Below are positions 38,201-49,718 of a stretch of 64,000 bases of DNA, in pieces. The position numbers were made by a program, and so were the translations under genes. Numbering within the stretch: the first letter of the stretch is position 1; each line of letters opens with the position of its first letter. The notes beneath the pieces were generated by a model. That model was not told where the DNA came from, did not search any database, and was given only the letters and a program-made list of their open reading frames with translations. The DNA comes from Mytilus trossulus (Eukaryota), in NCBI RefSeq assembly GCF_036588685.1, contig NC_086376.1:65782001-65846000 (forward strand), written 5' to 3'.

Positions 38201-41200
38201 CAAACCAATCGCAATATAAATTTCAGCAGTTATTTTGCTGAATATAATCCAGATGCATTTATTTCACCTATTATATCTTTATATCTAAATTTGTTTTCTG
38301 CATGGACGTCCTCAATTAATAAAGCTGTCTATCTGTGTTATTTCCTTCTTTTGGTCTAAACCGATTAGAACAACAAGGCGATTATTTTACTTTACTGAAT
38401 TAAATGTAAATGCACCTTGGACTTTTTTTCACAATTTGATTTTTTTTCTTAAGCAGTAAGATCATAAAACTTCATAATATGTGTTTCTGGTTTCTGGTTA
38501 AATGTGGGAAACTGTATTAAATTAATCTGTATTGCAAAATTAGACCTATAAGAGTCAAGCAATACAATCAAACAATAATTCTATACAATACAATGCAATA
38601 CAATGAAATACAATGTAATACAGTGCAATACAATATAATACAATACAATATATAGAATAATAGAACATTAGAGTTCAATTATAAATGTATGTAAAAAACA
38701 CCATCATAACCTTGTCTGACACGGGTCTGACTCCCTCAGTTCTAAAGACTGTTTAATGAAGACTCCAACATGACAAACAAGTTCAGGGATGGGGTTTAGA
38801 ATGTGTTTAAGTTTATAGAATGCATCAAGATGTTGAAATAGTGGTACATAGTCTTTTAGATAAGCAAAAAGAAGAGCAATTGAAAAAAAATGTATTTTAC
38901 AGAAATCACATAAAACTACTATTATTTTCACTTCCTTATTCAAATAGTATATTGTATAAACTTGTTTAGATTTATATTAATTGTGGCTAAGTTGTGCATA
39001 AGTTCAAAACTGAAATACTGTAACGAAATTTAGAATAAATTATAAGCCAAATGTTATGGATGAGACAGGTCTCTGAGATTGTTCTTTTCGGTTTTTTTTT
39101 ACCAGTTTTAAAAGTCCCTTGAGGTATTCTTTAACTGTGTTTATATTTTTATTCTGTCTCCATTTTAATAGACTGAAATAGAGACACTGCGGAAACAGTT
39201 AGGGTCAGGATCTCTGTATGAAAATGATATTATAGTACACACACGAGGGACAGATGATCTAGGTGAGTATATAATAACATTGATGACCACGTGATGTATA
39301 TGTTTCAATTGTCAAAGCTACAACCCTGTTCTCAATTGTAACATTATGGAATGTGACTTGTCACAAATATTGACTTGTCATAAACACTTGACTTGATGGG
39401 TGCCAATATAGTGGATCAGGCTCTATTTACACTTTTTTGGCCACATATGATTATTGAACAAAGCATTTGACGTCTACACTTTAAATTTCTTCATTCATTA
39501 GGAAACAAATCGGTACAGCATAGTCCTTCCCGATATTTTTTCTTCCGATTTATATGAAAATTGTTAATATGAAAAGCATATGGCCCGCTATAACGACGTT
39601 ATCCATCGAATCGAATGCATGGTATGTTTTGCTTATTTAATAGTTTGTAACTTTGACTTAATATGTTTCATTAGAAAGAAGTGATTGCAAAGTCATGTGA
39701 CTTCATATTATTGTTATTTTTTACAGACTCCTCCACTATAAGTAATGGTCATGTTCCTAGTGAAGCATCAGTGACCCATAGTGGACACAGTGGACTATCT
39801 CCTAAATTTGTTTCAACCATCAAAACTGACAGTCATATTGTTTCTATGACAACCCCACCTGTTCCAAATCGTGAAAGTAAAGACAGCAATGTATCTTATG
39901 CAGTCATAGAAAATAACTCAAACAGGCAAAGAAGGCATGAATCCGGTGAAAATAAAGCAATTTATAAAAATGTTTGTCATGTTAAAAGTCCTTCACAAGA
40001 AGTTAAACGGACAAGTAGTGAGGTTGGCTCAAGGATTACTTTCGAAAGTGATATCGACACTAAAAACCTTATTCATAGATCTAAAAGTACAAAAAGTTCA
40101 AAAGGAGAGGCCATTAGAAGGGCTATTGCAATGCTAGAAAATAACAAATCACCAATTGAGACAAACCCAGGTGGACCAAGCGTGTCTCGCACTCCATCAA
40201 ATAAACTCAGTGATCTAGACAATACAAAACTACAAGGTAAATTATAAATGTTTCTTCAAAATCAGTATGATTTTGCGTATGAGTGTATTCGACCAATGGT
40301 TGATGTTTTCGTTGTTGGTTTAAATATAAAAGTGTACGTCAAAACGTTTTACTTTCAATTTATAGGCATACAGAAATTAACATCAATTCAAAAAATCAAG
40401 GCAAAAGTTGCTGGTTATCGGTAAATTTGAGAATTAATATTATATATTATGTTCAAATCAGTAAATTGATTAATCTATCAATGAATAAAAAAAATCTTTA
40501 ATTATTCAGTGTGTTTTGTACTTACAGAAAATGATTCCGGCTGTGTGAATGGTTCATTCGAGAGTGATGAAGAAGTGGTGAAGAGAAATCTCCCAGTGAT
40601 GGCAGAATACCAGGGAACCCGAACATACAGAAGTGCTGTAAGTTTGTTGTCATTGTACAGTGACTAGGCCCTGTACAACGAAGCGTTGTTTCAGTTACCT
40701 ATTGGACACTCCCCTTAACCTAGGGTAATTGTGAAAAAGCACTCACAAAGATTTCGGTCACTTCATATGGCTACCACTTGTCTTATATCAATTAATTTAC
40801 TATGGAACTGGCTTGATTGAACATATACATTTGAAAGAAATTATGCAAGTGTTTTAATATTGAGGTTGCAACTCCCTCATACTTTAGGCGGATTGTGATA
40901 GTGGTGTGAGTGCCAATGAGACAACTCTCCATCCAAATAACAATGGAGCATGGAAGTAGTATGTTAATAGTATACTTCCGTGATAGGAGCAAACAATGAA
41001 ATATCATTAAAGAGTATCTATAAACACACTCATCAAAGATACCAGGACTAAATTTTGTATATACTCCAGACGCGCGTTTCCGGTCTACAAAAGTCATCAG
41101 TGACGCTCGAATCCAAAAAAGTTAAAAGGCCAAATAAAAGTACGAAGTTGAAGAGCATTGAGGACCAAAATTCCTAAATATTTTGCCAAATAAAGCTAAG

Positions 41201-41576
41201 ATAATCTATGCCTGAGGTAGAAAAGCGTTAGTATTTCAAAAATTCAAAAATTTGTAAATAGTTTATTTATAAATATAACCATATCAATGATAATTCATGT
41301 CAGCACAAAAGTGCTGACTACAGGGCTTGTGATACCCTCGGGGAAATAAATCTCCACCAGCAGTGGCTTCGACCCAATGCTAACAGCATGTACGTAAGAT
41401 GTTATTTAATAGTCTAGCAACGAAAATTGATACTGACTAGAATAAATAAATCCACAATACATGGTCTACGTAAAGATTCTAAATTGTACATGTTAATGCT
41501 TTCATTACCTTTTACCAATGCTTACGCAAGATTTGTTTTTGTATTTTAGGAGGGTGTTCCATTGACAGATCTGTAG
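32257..41576 (+). CDS. Voltage-sensor-domain-only protein of the Hv1/TMEM266 family (S1-S4, coiled coil, long disordered tail). Exons 32257-32381, 34308-34486, 35425-35478, 36359-36509, 37475-37590, 39172-39262, 39727-40236, 40528-40637, 41550-41576; 5' exon(s) unresolved
   Basis: Nine GT-AG exons join in consistent phase into 453 codons plus TAG. S1 TIIALTVVDIFFITVELLI (cf. Hv1 IIICLVVLDALLVLAELIL), S2 HYISLVIAMIFFIE (cf. HYMSITILVFFMME), S3 LIDSFTVFNLAAIEVL, S4 FIVALRLLRIPKACN, coiled coil LSKAKSKAEERSRELANTVQKQQTEIETLRKQL, C-terminus EGVPLTDL*. Confidence 0.88.
35145..35307. repeat. Fold-back element, 163 bp, in an intron of the voltage-sensor gene
   Basis: Near-perfect inverted arms (CGATTATCAG...ATATCAGCTGC / GCAGCTGATAT...CTGATAATCG) with apex GCTACGC at 35224-35230. 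Confidence 0.85.
36926..37092. repeat. Fold-back element, 167 bp, in an intron of the voltage-sensor gene
   Basis: Arms GGAGATAACTGTATTGTATTTTAAGCTTGGCCTTCGTAAAAC perfectly inverted; apex GCTCCGC at 37006-37012. Confidence 0.88.
38560..38960 (-). mobile_element. LINE 3' end with (AATAC)n microsatellite tail
   Basis: Degenerate pentanucleotide array at 38560-38650 adjoins a minus-strand remnant ending ...KHILNPIPELVCHVGVFIKQSLELR. Confidence 0.45.
41031..41380 (-). mobile_element. Second retrozyme copy with degenerate hammerhead, in the last intron of the voltage-sensor gene (antisense)
   Basis: Colinear with 17342-17713. The core CUGAUGA...GAAA CGCGCG UC is kept at 41063-41108, but stem II is disrupted. 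Confidence 0.8.
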
Positions 41577-43769
41577 TTAAAAAATGATAAAGGAGTATGG
41601 AATTTACATATGGACAGATAGATAGCTGTACACATACTCTACAACATCTTTCATCACCGGTCTTTCCTTTCATTTATTGAATGTTTTATCCATTGACTTT
41701 TTCGTATTGCTCTTTTTTTAATTGTTTCTTTTAATGAAACGTCCAAGCTGTTTTAAATGTTGCATTTTATAATGCACAAGAATAACAATGTCATTATGTG
41801 ACTAAATGTCAAAATTAACATATACTAAGTCTGATAGTGAAATGTGATGGTCTTTTCAGTTTGAACAGTGATATGGATACAATATTCCAATACATCTCGC
41901 AGCAATCTTGTCGTTTGAAACTTAATAAGACATAGCATGTGCATTTCAATCATTCATACTATAAATTGTATTATCATTGTTATATTTTTCATTTTCAATG
42001 CATTTATTTTTTATAACAAAGCATAATTCTACTGCTTTAAATATTATATAATTGATTTAAATGTGTTATAGATAAATAATCAAACGACCTCGAGAATTCC
42101 AATATGAATATTTTATTAACATGACATATATTGATATACAATTAATATTTTTTTATTTACATATATCACCCTCCCCTCAAATCAAGCTTAATTCTATCAT
42201 TCATGCAGTCAATTAAACTATTGTATTCAAAATCAATTTCTGGATAACTAACGAGAAAGCCTTCTAAATGGTTAAAAAATATTTTAAGTTTCAGGTCTTT
42301 ATAATTAAAATACAAAGTAAGGAACATAGGTATACTTCTACTGCTGCTGTTTTCTAGCAACGCCCTGGTCTGTCTCAACTGGCAATAGTCCTTTGTTTTA
42401 TTATATTTTATTGTTGAAATTATTGTTAAAAAATGTTTTATTATAAGTAAGTTATAATAGTAAGTATCTTAGATTTTATATATAAAAATTTGAAGAAATG
42501 TGTTCGTGTGTGTGTGGTTTTTACTTTTTAACAGTTTATGAAACTAAACCGTTATGAAGCAGACAAGTAAAATCAAGGATCCTCCTAGCTGACATGATCC
42601 CTTTTCATGCAATAAAAGGCAACAGTAGTATACAGCTGTTTAAAACTCATAAATCAGTTTAGAGAAAAATAAATCCGGGTTATAAACGAAGCCGAGTGAA
42701 ACTTATCAACTGTAAGAGGAACAACGGAGCAACCAAAAAAATACTGAAGTGCAACAAAAAAAACCATAGACTTTTGATTCCTTTTAGTTACAGAACATTT
42801 TAAGGATTAATGACAGGTTTTATGCCCAGCCAAACCTCTTGCTTATATGGTAATGTTAAAACACAAGTGTGCTCAGAACAAGGAAACTTGGCAGCTACCT
42901 ATATCGATCTATATCCTTATAAAACAGACAAATAGAAATCAATGCAATAAAATGTAATGATTGAAAATACTCCCAAAAAAACCAACATAAAACAACTGCT
43001 AATCAATCAAAATTATCTAATTTTTGTTTTGTTTTCTTAATACCTTGTACTAGTCATGCAACGAAAAGTAAACATCAGTATGTCAAAGACGTCAGTAAGG
43101 TAGACCGACAAAATCTTGTACAACCAACAAACTTAAAAAGACATTTCTTCTTTTATTAATACGGAAGTAGGGAAACAAAGGCCAAATGACAATCAAGACC
43201 CTTCTAAAACACAGGACACTTAAAACACTGAAGCAAGATAAATCACCAGAAGTGCGCATGTAAGACTTAGGAAATCCTAGTTCGATAAAGTAAGATTAAC
43301 TAACAAAAGTGATTATTACATGTCATACGCATGTAATAACACCAATCAACACTGAAACCTACAAACCTTCACAGCAAAACAGATGAAACTTAAAAAAAGC
43401 AAACAAGAACCTATATGGTTAAGAATGACTTTGCACTATGATTATGTTAAGAAAGTATATCATCTGTAATTAAATCAGAAAAAAAGTGTAGGGAAAACCC
43501 ATAAAGAAATTCGTGCTTCATGTAAATACTCAAGCCACAACGTGACGTGCAATATGTGCAAACTGCAATATGAGTGGCATAAAAATCTGCTAAACGAACA
43601 GTAGTCATTTCTAAAAAAACAAAGTAGTCAATTTAGAAGTCATCCTTTCTAACAATGCCTTTATCAGATGATGATAACCTGACATCATGTCGACGACGCA
43701 GAAGAGTTTTCAGAAATCATAACAACATTACAACTCTTCTATGCGGTGTGTCCTAAATCGTGGTTGGAA

Positions 43770-44036
43770 GTGTGAATTCACATTACTATAAGACGCGTCA
43801 CGGTACTTATCTATCCCACATGCATGTATTTTGGTTTGAATGTTATATTTGTTATTCTCATAGGATTTTGTCTAATGCTAATTCCGTTTCTGTGTGTGTT
43901 AAATTTTAATGTTGTGTCGTTGTTATCCTCTTATATTTAATGCGTATCCCTCAGTTTTAGTTTGTTACCCCGATTTTGTTTTTTGTCCATGGATTTATGA
44001 GTTTTGAACAGAGGTATACTACTGTTGCCTTTTATT
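43770..44036 (-). repeat. Interspersed repeat family (AAAGGCAACAGTAGTATAC... end); further copies at ~16125-16260, 32640-32920, 33390-33565 and 42610-42760
   Basis: Shared motifs GATTTATGA..TT.GAACA, TACTGTTGCCTTT and CTGTTGTTCCGTTGTTTTCCTCTTATAG. Confidence 0.55.
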
Positions 44037-45878
44037 TATACCTCAACTAAAATATTGGTATATTTTAATAATAATATTTTTTCCTCCATCAAGTTGTACA
44101 CATGCGAGATTCACTTCATCATTTAACTTCAGATGTTTTTCCTTGGTATGATTTTGTTGCGCTTCCATAGCAACTGGTTAGACAATCTGACAGTAAGTGT
44201 TCCATTTTACTTGCATAATTCATAAAAGTTACTGGTGTATCATTTTCAATGTAATCTTCTGACAAAGAAGTTGATTGAACAATAGATAGAGTTGTTTTGT
44301 ATGGTATTTCCTTGTTATAATAGCCAGATACTGCAGTTGTGGTAATCTAATCGTAAAGATGGTTAATAGTAGCATGCTCTTAACATTGTTGCTCTATTGT
44401 TATTCCTGGTTAACTCTTTCCATTTCATTGTTTAAAATACTGACATTGGTAGTGTTACGTTGGACATATTTACTATAAGGTACCACTAACATTGGTGGTG
44501 TTGGTATTTCCAGGTATCTTCATGCTTAATTCTGTTCTACCGGTATAAGGTAGAATATCATGTGCAATCAACTCACAAGTCTTTCAATGGAACTATCGCT
44601 GATAAAGGTTCTGCTTAAAATGGCTCTGTATAATGCTGATATGTTTTACCATTCAATTTTTTTTTGTCTCAGCAGGTGTTCAAACTTACCGTGGTGGAGT
44701 CTTTACTCTTTGGTTACTTATCTAAACATCATGACCTGACCGGTTGTAACTTCCTTGGCTGGTGGTTCTTTTCAAATTGATTCAAAGCTACTCGTAGTTC
44801 TTGAAATCCTCAATGGGGTCGTACTTTTATCCACTTATATTCCTTTTTTTGGTCTTTTTGTAGCTCAATTCCTGTCCACGCAGTATATCATGTAATATAT
44901 CATTCATATTAACATCTTCGTCGTCTCGCAGTCTAAATTGCACTATAAAATTCTGCAAATAGTGAAACCTTGTTGTCTATAATTCCATATACACTGTCAG
45001 ATACCTTCATTAGACGCTCCATAATTTTCTCAAATCCCTGTTTCACAATTAATGATTAACCCAGCTGGCATCCTGGATTTGCTAATTCTTTATTTATTGA
45101 ATTTTAATTGCTTAACAATGACATTTTCCTCACGCATACATGTAATGATTAAAAGTTTGTTCAATGGGTTGTCCTTTTAAAAGTTGGTCGACCAGGCGCA
45201 CATATGGGGTTGAAATCTAGATTCCAAAATGGAAAAAAAGGGAATATTTGACCAGGACAGAATTAAGTTTTTCCTTCCTACAAAAAAACTACGAAAAAAT
45301 ATTTCTGTATACTATTACTCAACGGTATATATTTACATTATTCCAAAAGGCAAGTGCCAGTGCTAAAGACTTAATACAGACTTCCAGAATAAAGGACCGG
45401 AACGTATGCACTTTTTCACCAACTTTGGAGATGATCCAGGTTCACGAATCTTCATCCCAGTTTCATAGAGTGTAAAAAGTTTTATAAGGGTCAGAATGTG
45501 GTCAACGATTAAAAAGCACAGCTGCTATATAAAAAAACAAGTCATTTCTAGACATTATTGATAATTAATACTCCAGAGATATGCCTCTTTTTTTTTCCTT
45601 AGGTACATAACCATTTAAGATATTCTCGTTTATACAAAATCGATTAGGTAATGCATATACATTTGAAGATCATATAAATAACAAAAATGCAGGATTACAG
45701 ACCTGCAAACTCCTATTTATGGAGAATTGCCCCCACCTGGGTCGTGACCTGACTCTTGAAATCCTCAACTACATCAAAACTGGTATGCAAAGGAGTATAA
45801 ATGAAAGATTAATAATCCTTGACATGAGATGCATTAGTTTCTCGTGAGATTTTGAAGGAATGGCAGATATGCATGAAA

Positions 45879-47490
45879 AAAGTAAAATCACAAAAATACA
45901 GAAAATCGAGAAAAATTCAAAACGGAAAGTATCTAATCAAATGATAAAATACATCAAATGAATGGACAACAACTGTCGTATATTCCTGATTTGGTACAGG
46001 CATTTTCAATTGTAGAAAATGTTGGACTGAACCTTGTTCTAAAGCGCCAAACATCTCACGTGTATGACAGTCGCATCAAATTCTATTATATTTACAACGA
46101 TGCGTGAACAAAACAGACACAATCGGTAAAACTGCCAAAACAGGTGTACAGCAGTCATCACTATGTCATAATCTCAATTAAAACAAAAACAAACAAATAT
46201 CTAACAAAGAAGCACAAAAAGCATCTATCAGATTTAAAGACCACATTCATTGCTTACTTATATATGTATTTTTAATCAACCAATAATGAATTGAAATATT
46301 AGAAATGGGTAACTGCATTCAAATCATATCTAGTGTAGCGTCGGGTGTTTGACATTAGAATGTAAACGTCACACAGGAAGAAATATAAAATAATTTTGTC
46401 GTTCAAAGTATTTTCAATAATATAATTTCACATTGAAAATGGTGGTATACAGGGCTGAATAATCAAAGTTTTGTTCGAACTTTTGTTTCAGAAAAAGACC
46501 CAGATTTATAATCGAGAAGTTCTTTAGAATTTTTAAGAATCCATATTAATACCACTATGCCAGTAAAATAATTGCTAGATCTTTAATATCGAATAAGTCG
46601 GGAAATGTTTATCATATATGCAGGTGAAGTTGGTATATTGCTACTAAGGCGGGGGAATGGATAATTTCAAAATTAAAATCGTATCGTTTGACATAGATTC
46701 TGGTACTGAGATGACTGTGTATGTCAAATTCGAGGTAGAAGTCTAAAAATGAGGCAGAGGAAACCGTGTCTCTTGTTTCCTTAATTTCTAGTTCTGGGGG
46801 ATATATACTAAAGGAACCAAATCAGAAAAGTTTGGATTGTTAATGGAAAGAACATCACCAATATATCTGAAAGTGGAATTAAATAATATGGCTTCTTTTA
46901 TCTTCTTGATTTTGACAAGTGTCTGAAGGAACTCAGATTCATATGAAAAGAAGAGGAGGTTGGCAAGAAGAGTCACAGTTTGTTCCCATAGGAATGGCGA
47001 TAATTTGTTGAAAAAGTCTACCTCCAAATTCAACAAATAAGAAACTCAAGCGTACTGATTACTTGTTCCTCTGTGTAGCATGTGTTACCCTTTTATTCAT
47101 TATTAACAAAATATGCCTTATGATATCCCAAAGTAATAAATGTATAGTGTATGCTACCATTTTTACGTTGAAAGGCAATGTTGATTATTCTTTCGGGCAA
47201 TTTTTCAATTTCACATATGGGGAATGGTGGTATGAAGGGTTGAAAAATCTGAAGTTTTGATATAACTAATTTCAGAAAAAAGACAAAGATTTAAAATTAT
47301 CCAGAAGTTCTTTAGAATTTTTAACAAATGGTTAACAACACTACGTGAGTAAACAGCTTCACAGTATTTCTGAAGAACCTTTTTGACTGCTGACAGAATT
47401 TTAGTCAATCTAATGGACAATTCTTTATTGGAACATGCAGATGAGCCGGCAATGTACTGTTGTTTGTACAGAATTTTGCGAAGCTAAGGT
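45879..47490 (-). mobile_element. Penelope-like RT fragment of a second family
   Basis: Minus-strand LTKILSAVK...CEAVYSRS, IKTSDFSTLHTTIPH, LANLLFFSYESEFLQTL, FNSTFRYIGDVLSINNPNF (decayed YIDD catalytic motif). Confidence 0.75.
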
Positions 47491-48179
47491 ATCCAATACA
47501 AACAAGGTAAGTCCTCCAATTTGTTGTTCAATGCAATGTTCAAAATCCACTAGATTTTTTTGAATTATACCCAGAATAATAACAATTTCATTCATGTATA
47601 CAAACATCTTTAATAAAAATATTCAGGACAAAGAGACATTGAAATCATCAAATTATGACACAAACTGAATATCATTTATCATAAATTATACACATAATAT
47701 TTAACGACACAGAGAATTACTGTTCAATAAGTAATACTGTTTACGGATTTGTTTGGATTGATCTTCTCTGATTTCATATTCTAATATTTTTGGAACTAGT
47801 AAACTATGCTATAACAAACAGTAACATTTAAAATATTCCTAGAATTCCTAATTTTCACATAAATTTGAAATCAGTTATTCACTCTTCGAATTACAAATTG
47901 TGTTTCTAATTGTCTTCATAAGGAAACAACACACAAGGTAGGAATACAATGCTTTGCTGAGTGCAGCCTGATAAAATGGCAGAGGTTGAACCCTGAACAG
48001 TTGTGGCAAATTTGGACACAATTCAAGCTTGATTCTGTCTGAATTTGGATTGTGATAAAAAATTTGACAAACAAGTAGTATAGGGGTTTGACACAAAATA
48101 AGTGTCAAGATCTTACAAATCCATTGCACAATACTGTTCAATTTAAGATTCTTATTAAAAATTTGAAGAAAAAAAAATT

Positions 48180-48597
48180 TCAACCCCTTAAAAAAATTGG
48201 AACTCCAAATACAAAAATGCTAGTTTTTGGCCCTAAATATCAAGACTGTTTGGCACCATAACCCCAAAAACGAATCCAGACCTCCAACTTGTGGTATTAA
48301 ACATTGCGGTACAATTTCAGAGCAATTTCAATTCTGATACACACGTTAATATACTGAAAGTAGAAAAATGCTTGTTGTGGGCCCCTTTTGGGCCCTGGAT
48401 TCCAAAATGACTTGGACCATTATCACCACAATCAATCCCAACCTTCCTTTTGTGCTATTGAACCTTCATAGCGATTTCTTCGCTTAAACTAAAGTTTATT
48501 ATCCGGACATCAAATGTTTCTTTGGACGAGGATGACACAGACGACGATTTCATATCATTATACGACCCCAAAAAAAAGGTTTGTGGTCATACAAAAA
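48180..48597 (-). mobile_element. HINE-like element remnant
   Basis: Two ~155-bp internal repeats (ttttggccc..aatcc..cct..ttgtg.tatt.aac), a GAC microsatellite remnant and a terminal hairpin (tatacgacc...ggtcataca). Confidence 0.45.
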
Positions 48598-49718
48598 CTG
48601 TATTCCTGACTATACAAAGCAAGCAGAAGGGGTCATAAGCCTTAATAAAACAAACTTGGTCACAGGAAACAGGAAAATGGACTATTTGCTTTTTAAACAG
48701 ATTTATTCTTCAATCATTCAATGCTTACATACCAAATAACCGTTTAAGCATTTTTTTGTCATAAATTGCACAAATTACAAAGAAATTTCATTAAAAGTCA
48801 ATAAACTTAAATAAGTACAACAATCATAAAAGGCTCCATGAACAGGGTATCACTTACTTGGCAGTTTTCACTAATAAAGAAAGTATCACTATATAAACGT
48901 CTTTACCTTCTTATCAATACTGGTATATAAATGATTAAACTCTTGTTCTGATGTACAACTAGTATAAATTCAATTTCCATACTTCTCATAGTAACAACAA
49001 GGGTTGAGGCAAAAAAAATGATGAAAAGATACTTCAATTATAGTTCTGATTAATTCTAAGTGAATATATCATGTATATAAAATATGCAAATGCAAATGCT
49101 GACTAAAAGAGACTTTCTCATTGAAGAATGGCTTCCTATATATATCAAAATGTAATACTATACTCAAATCAAGTTAGTTGAATTATAAGAATTATCATTT
49201 TTTAATGTGGGATAGATATAATAAAGAACTATCTCAACAAATCTTGAATAAATAATTGTTTATAAAATGTTTCAAATATTTTTATCAAAAAAGATAATAA
49301 TAAATGTTCAATATAATTTAAAACTATGTAATATTGAAACTTGAACCAAATGTTTATCTATAGTGTTTTTACAAGTGTTATGACCACGGACTACCATAAG
49401 TATATATAGATGTGCTGAACACATAAGTATCAATAAAATAGTTAAGTTAAAGAAAAATGTGTGAAAATGACTGACATCTTCTTAAAGATGTTAATAAATA
49501 AATAAGAGCAAAAAATAATGATGAGGGTCATAATATATGTAGTGAGATTAAGAAGGAGAGACATGAAATAAGAGTTATCTATGATAAACAATAAATTGAA
49601 ATCTAGTCTTGCACCATCTTATTTGACATATTTTTAAAACACAAAACAGAAAATAATAGACAACACATAAAAGGCAAACACATATGATTGCACACAATAA
49701 CAATGCATCACCCTCAAT

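Noticed and set aside
39681-40247. 188-aa ORF as a standalone gene
   Set aside because: It is an internal exon (39727-40236) of the voltage-sensor gene.
43500-45110. Possible PHD-finger / ORF1-like remnants
   Set aside because: Too degenerate (stops, frameshifts, interrupting repeat) to classify.
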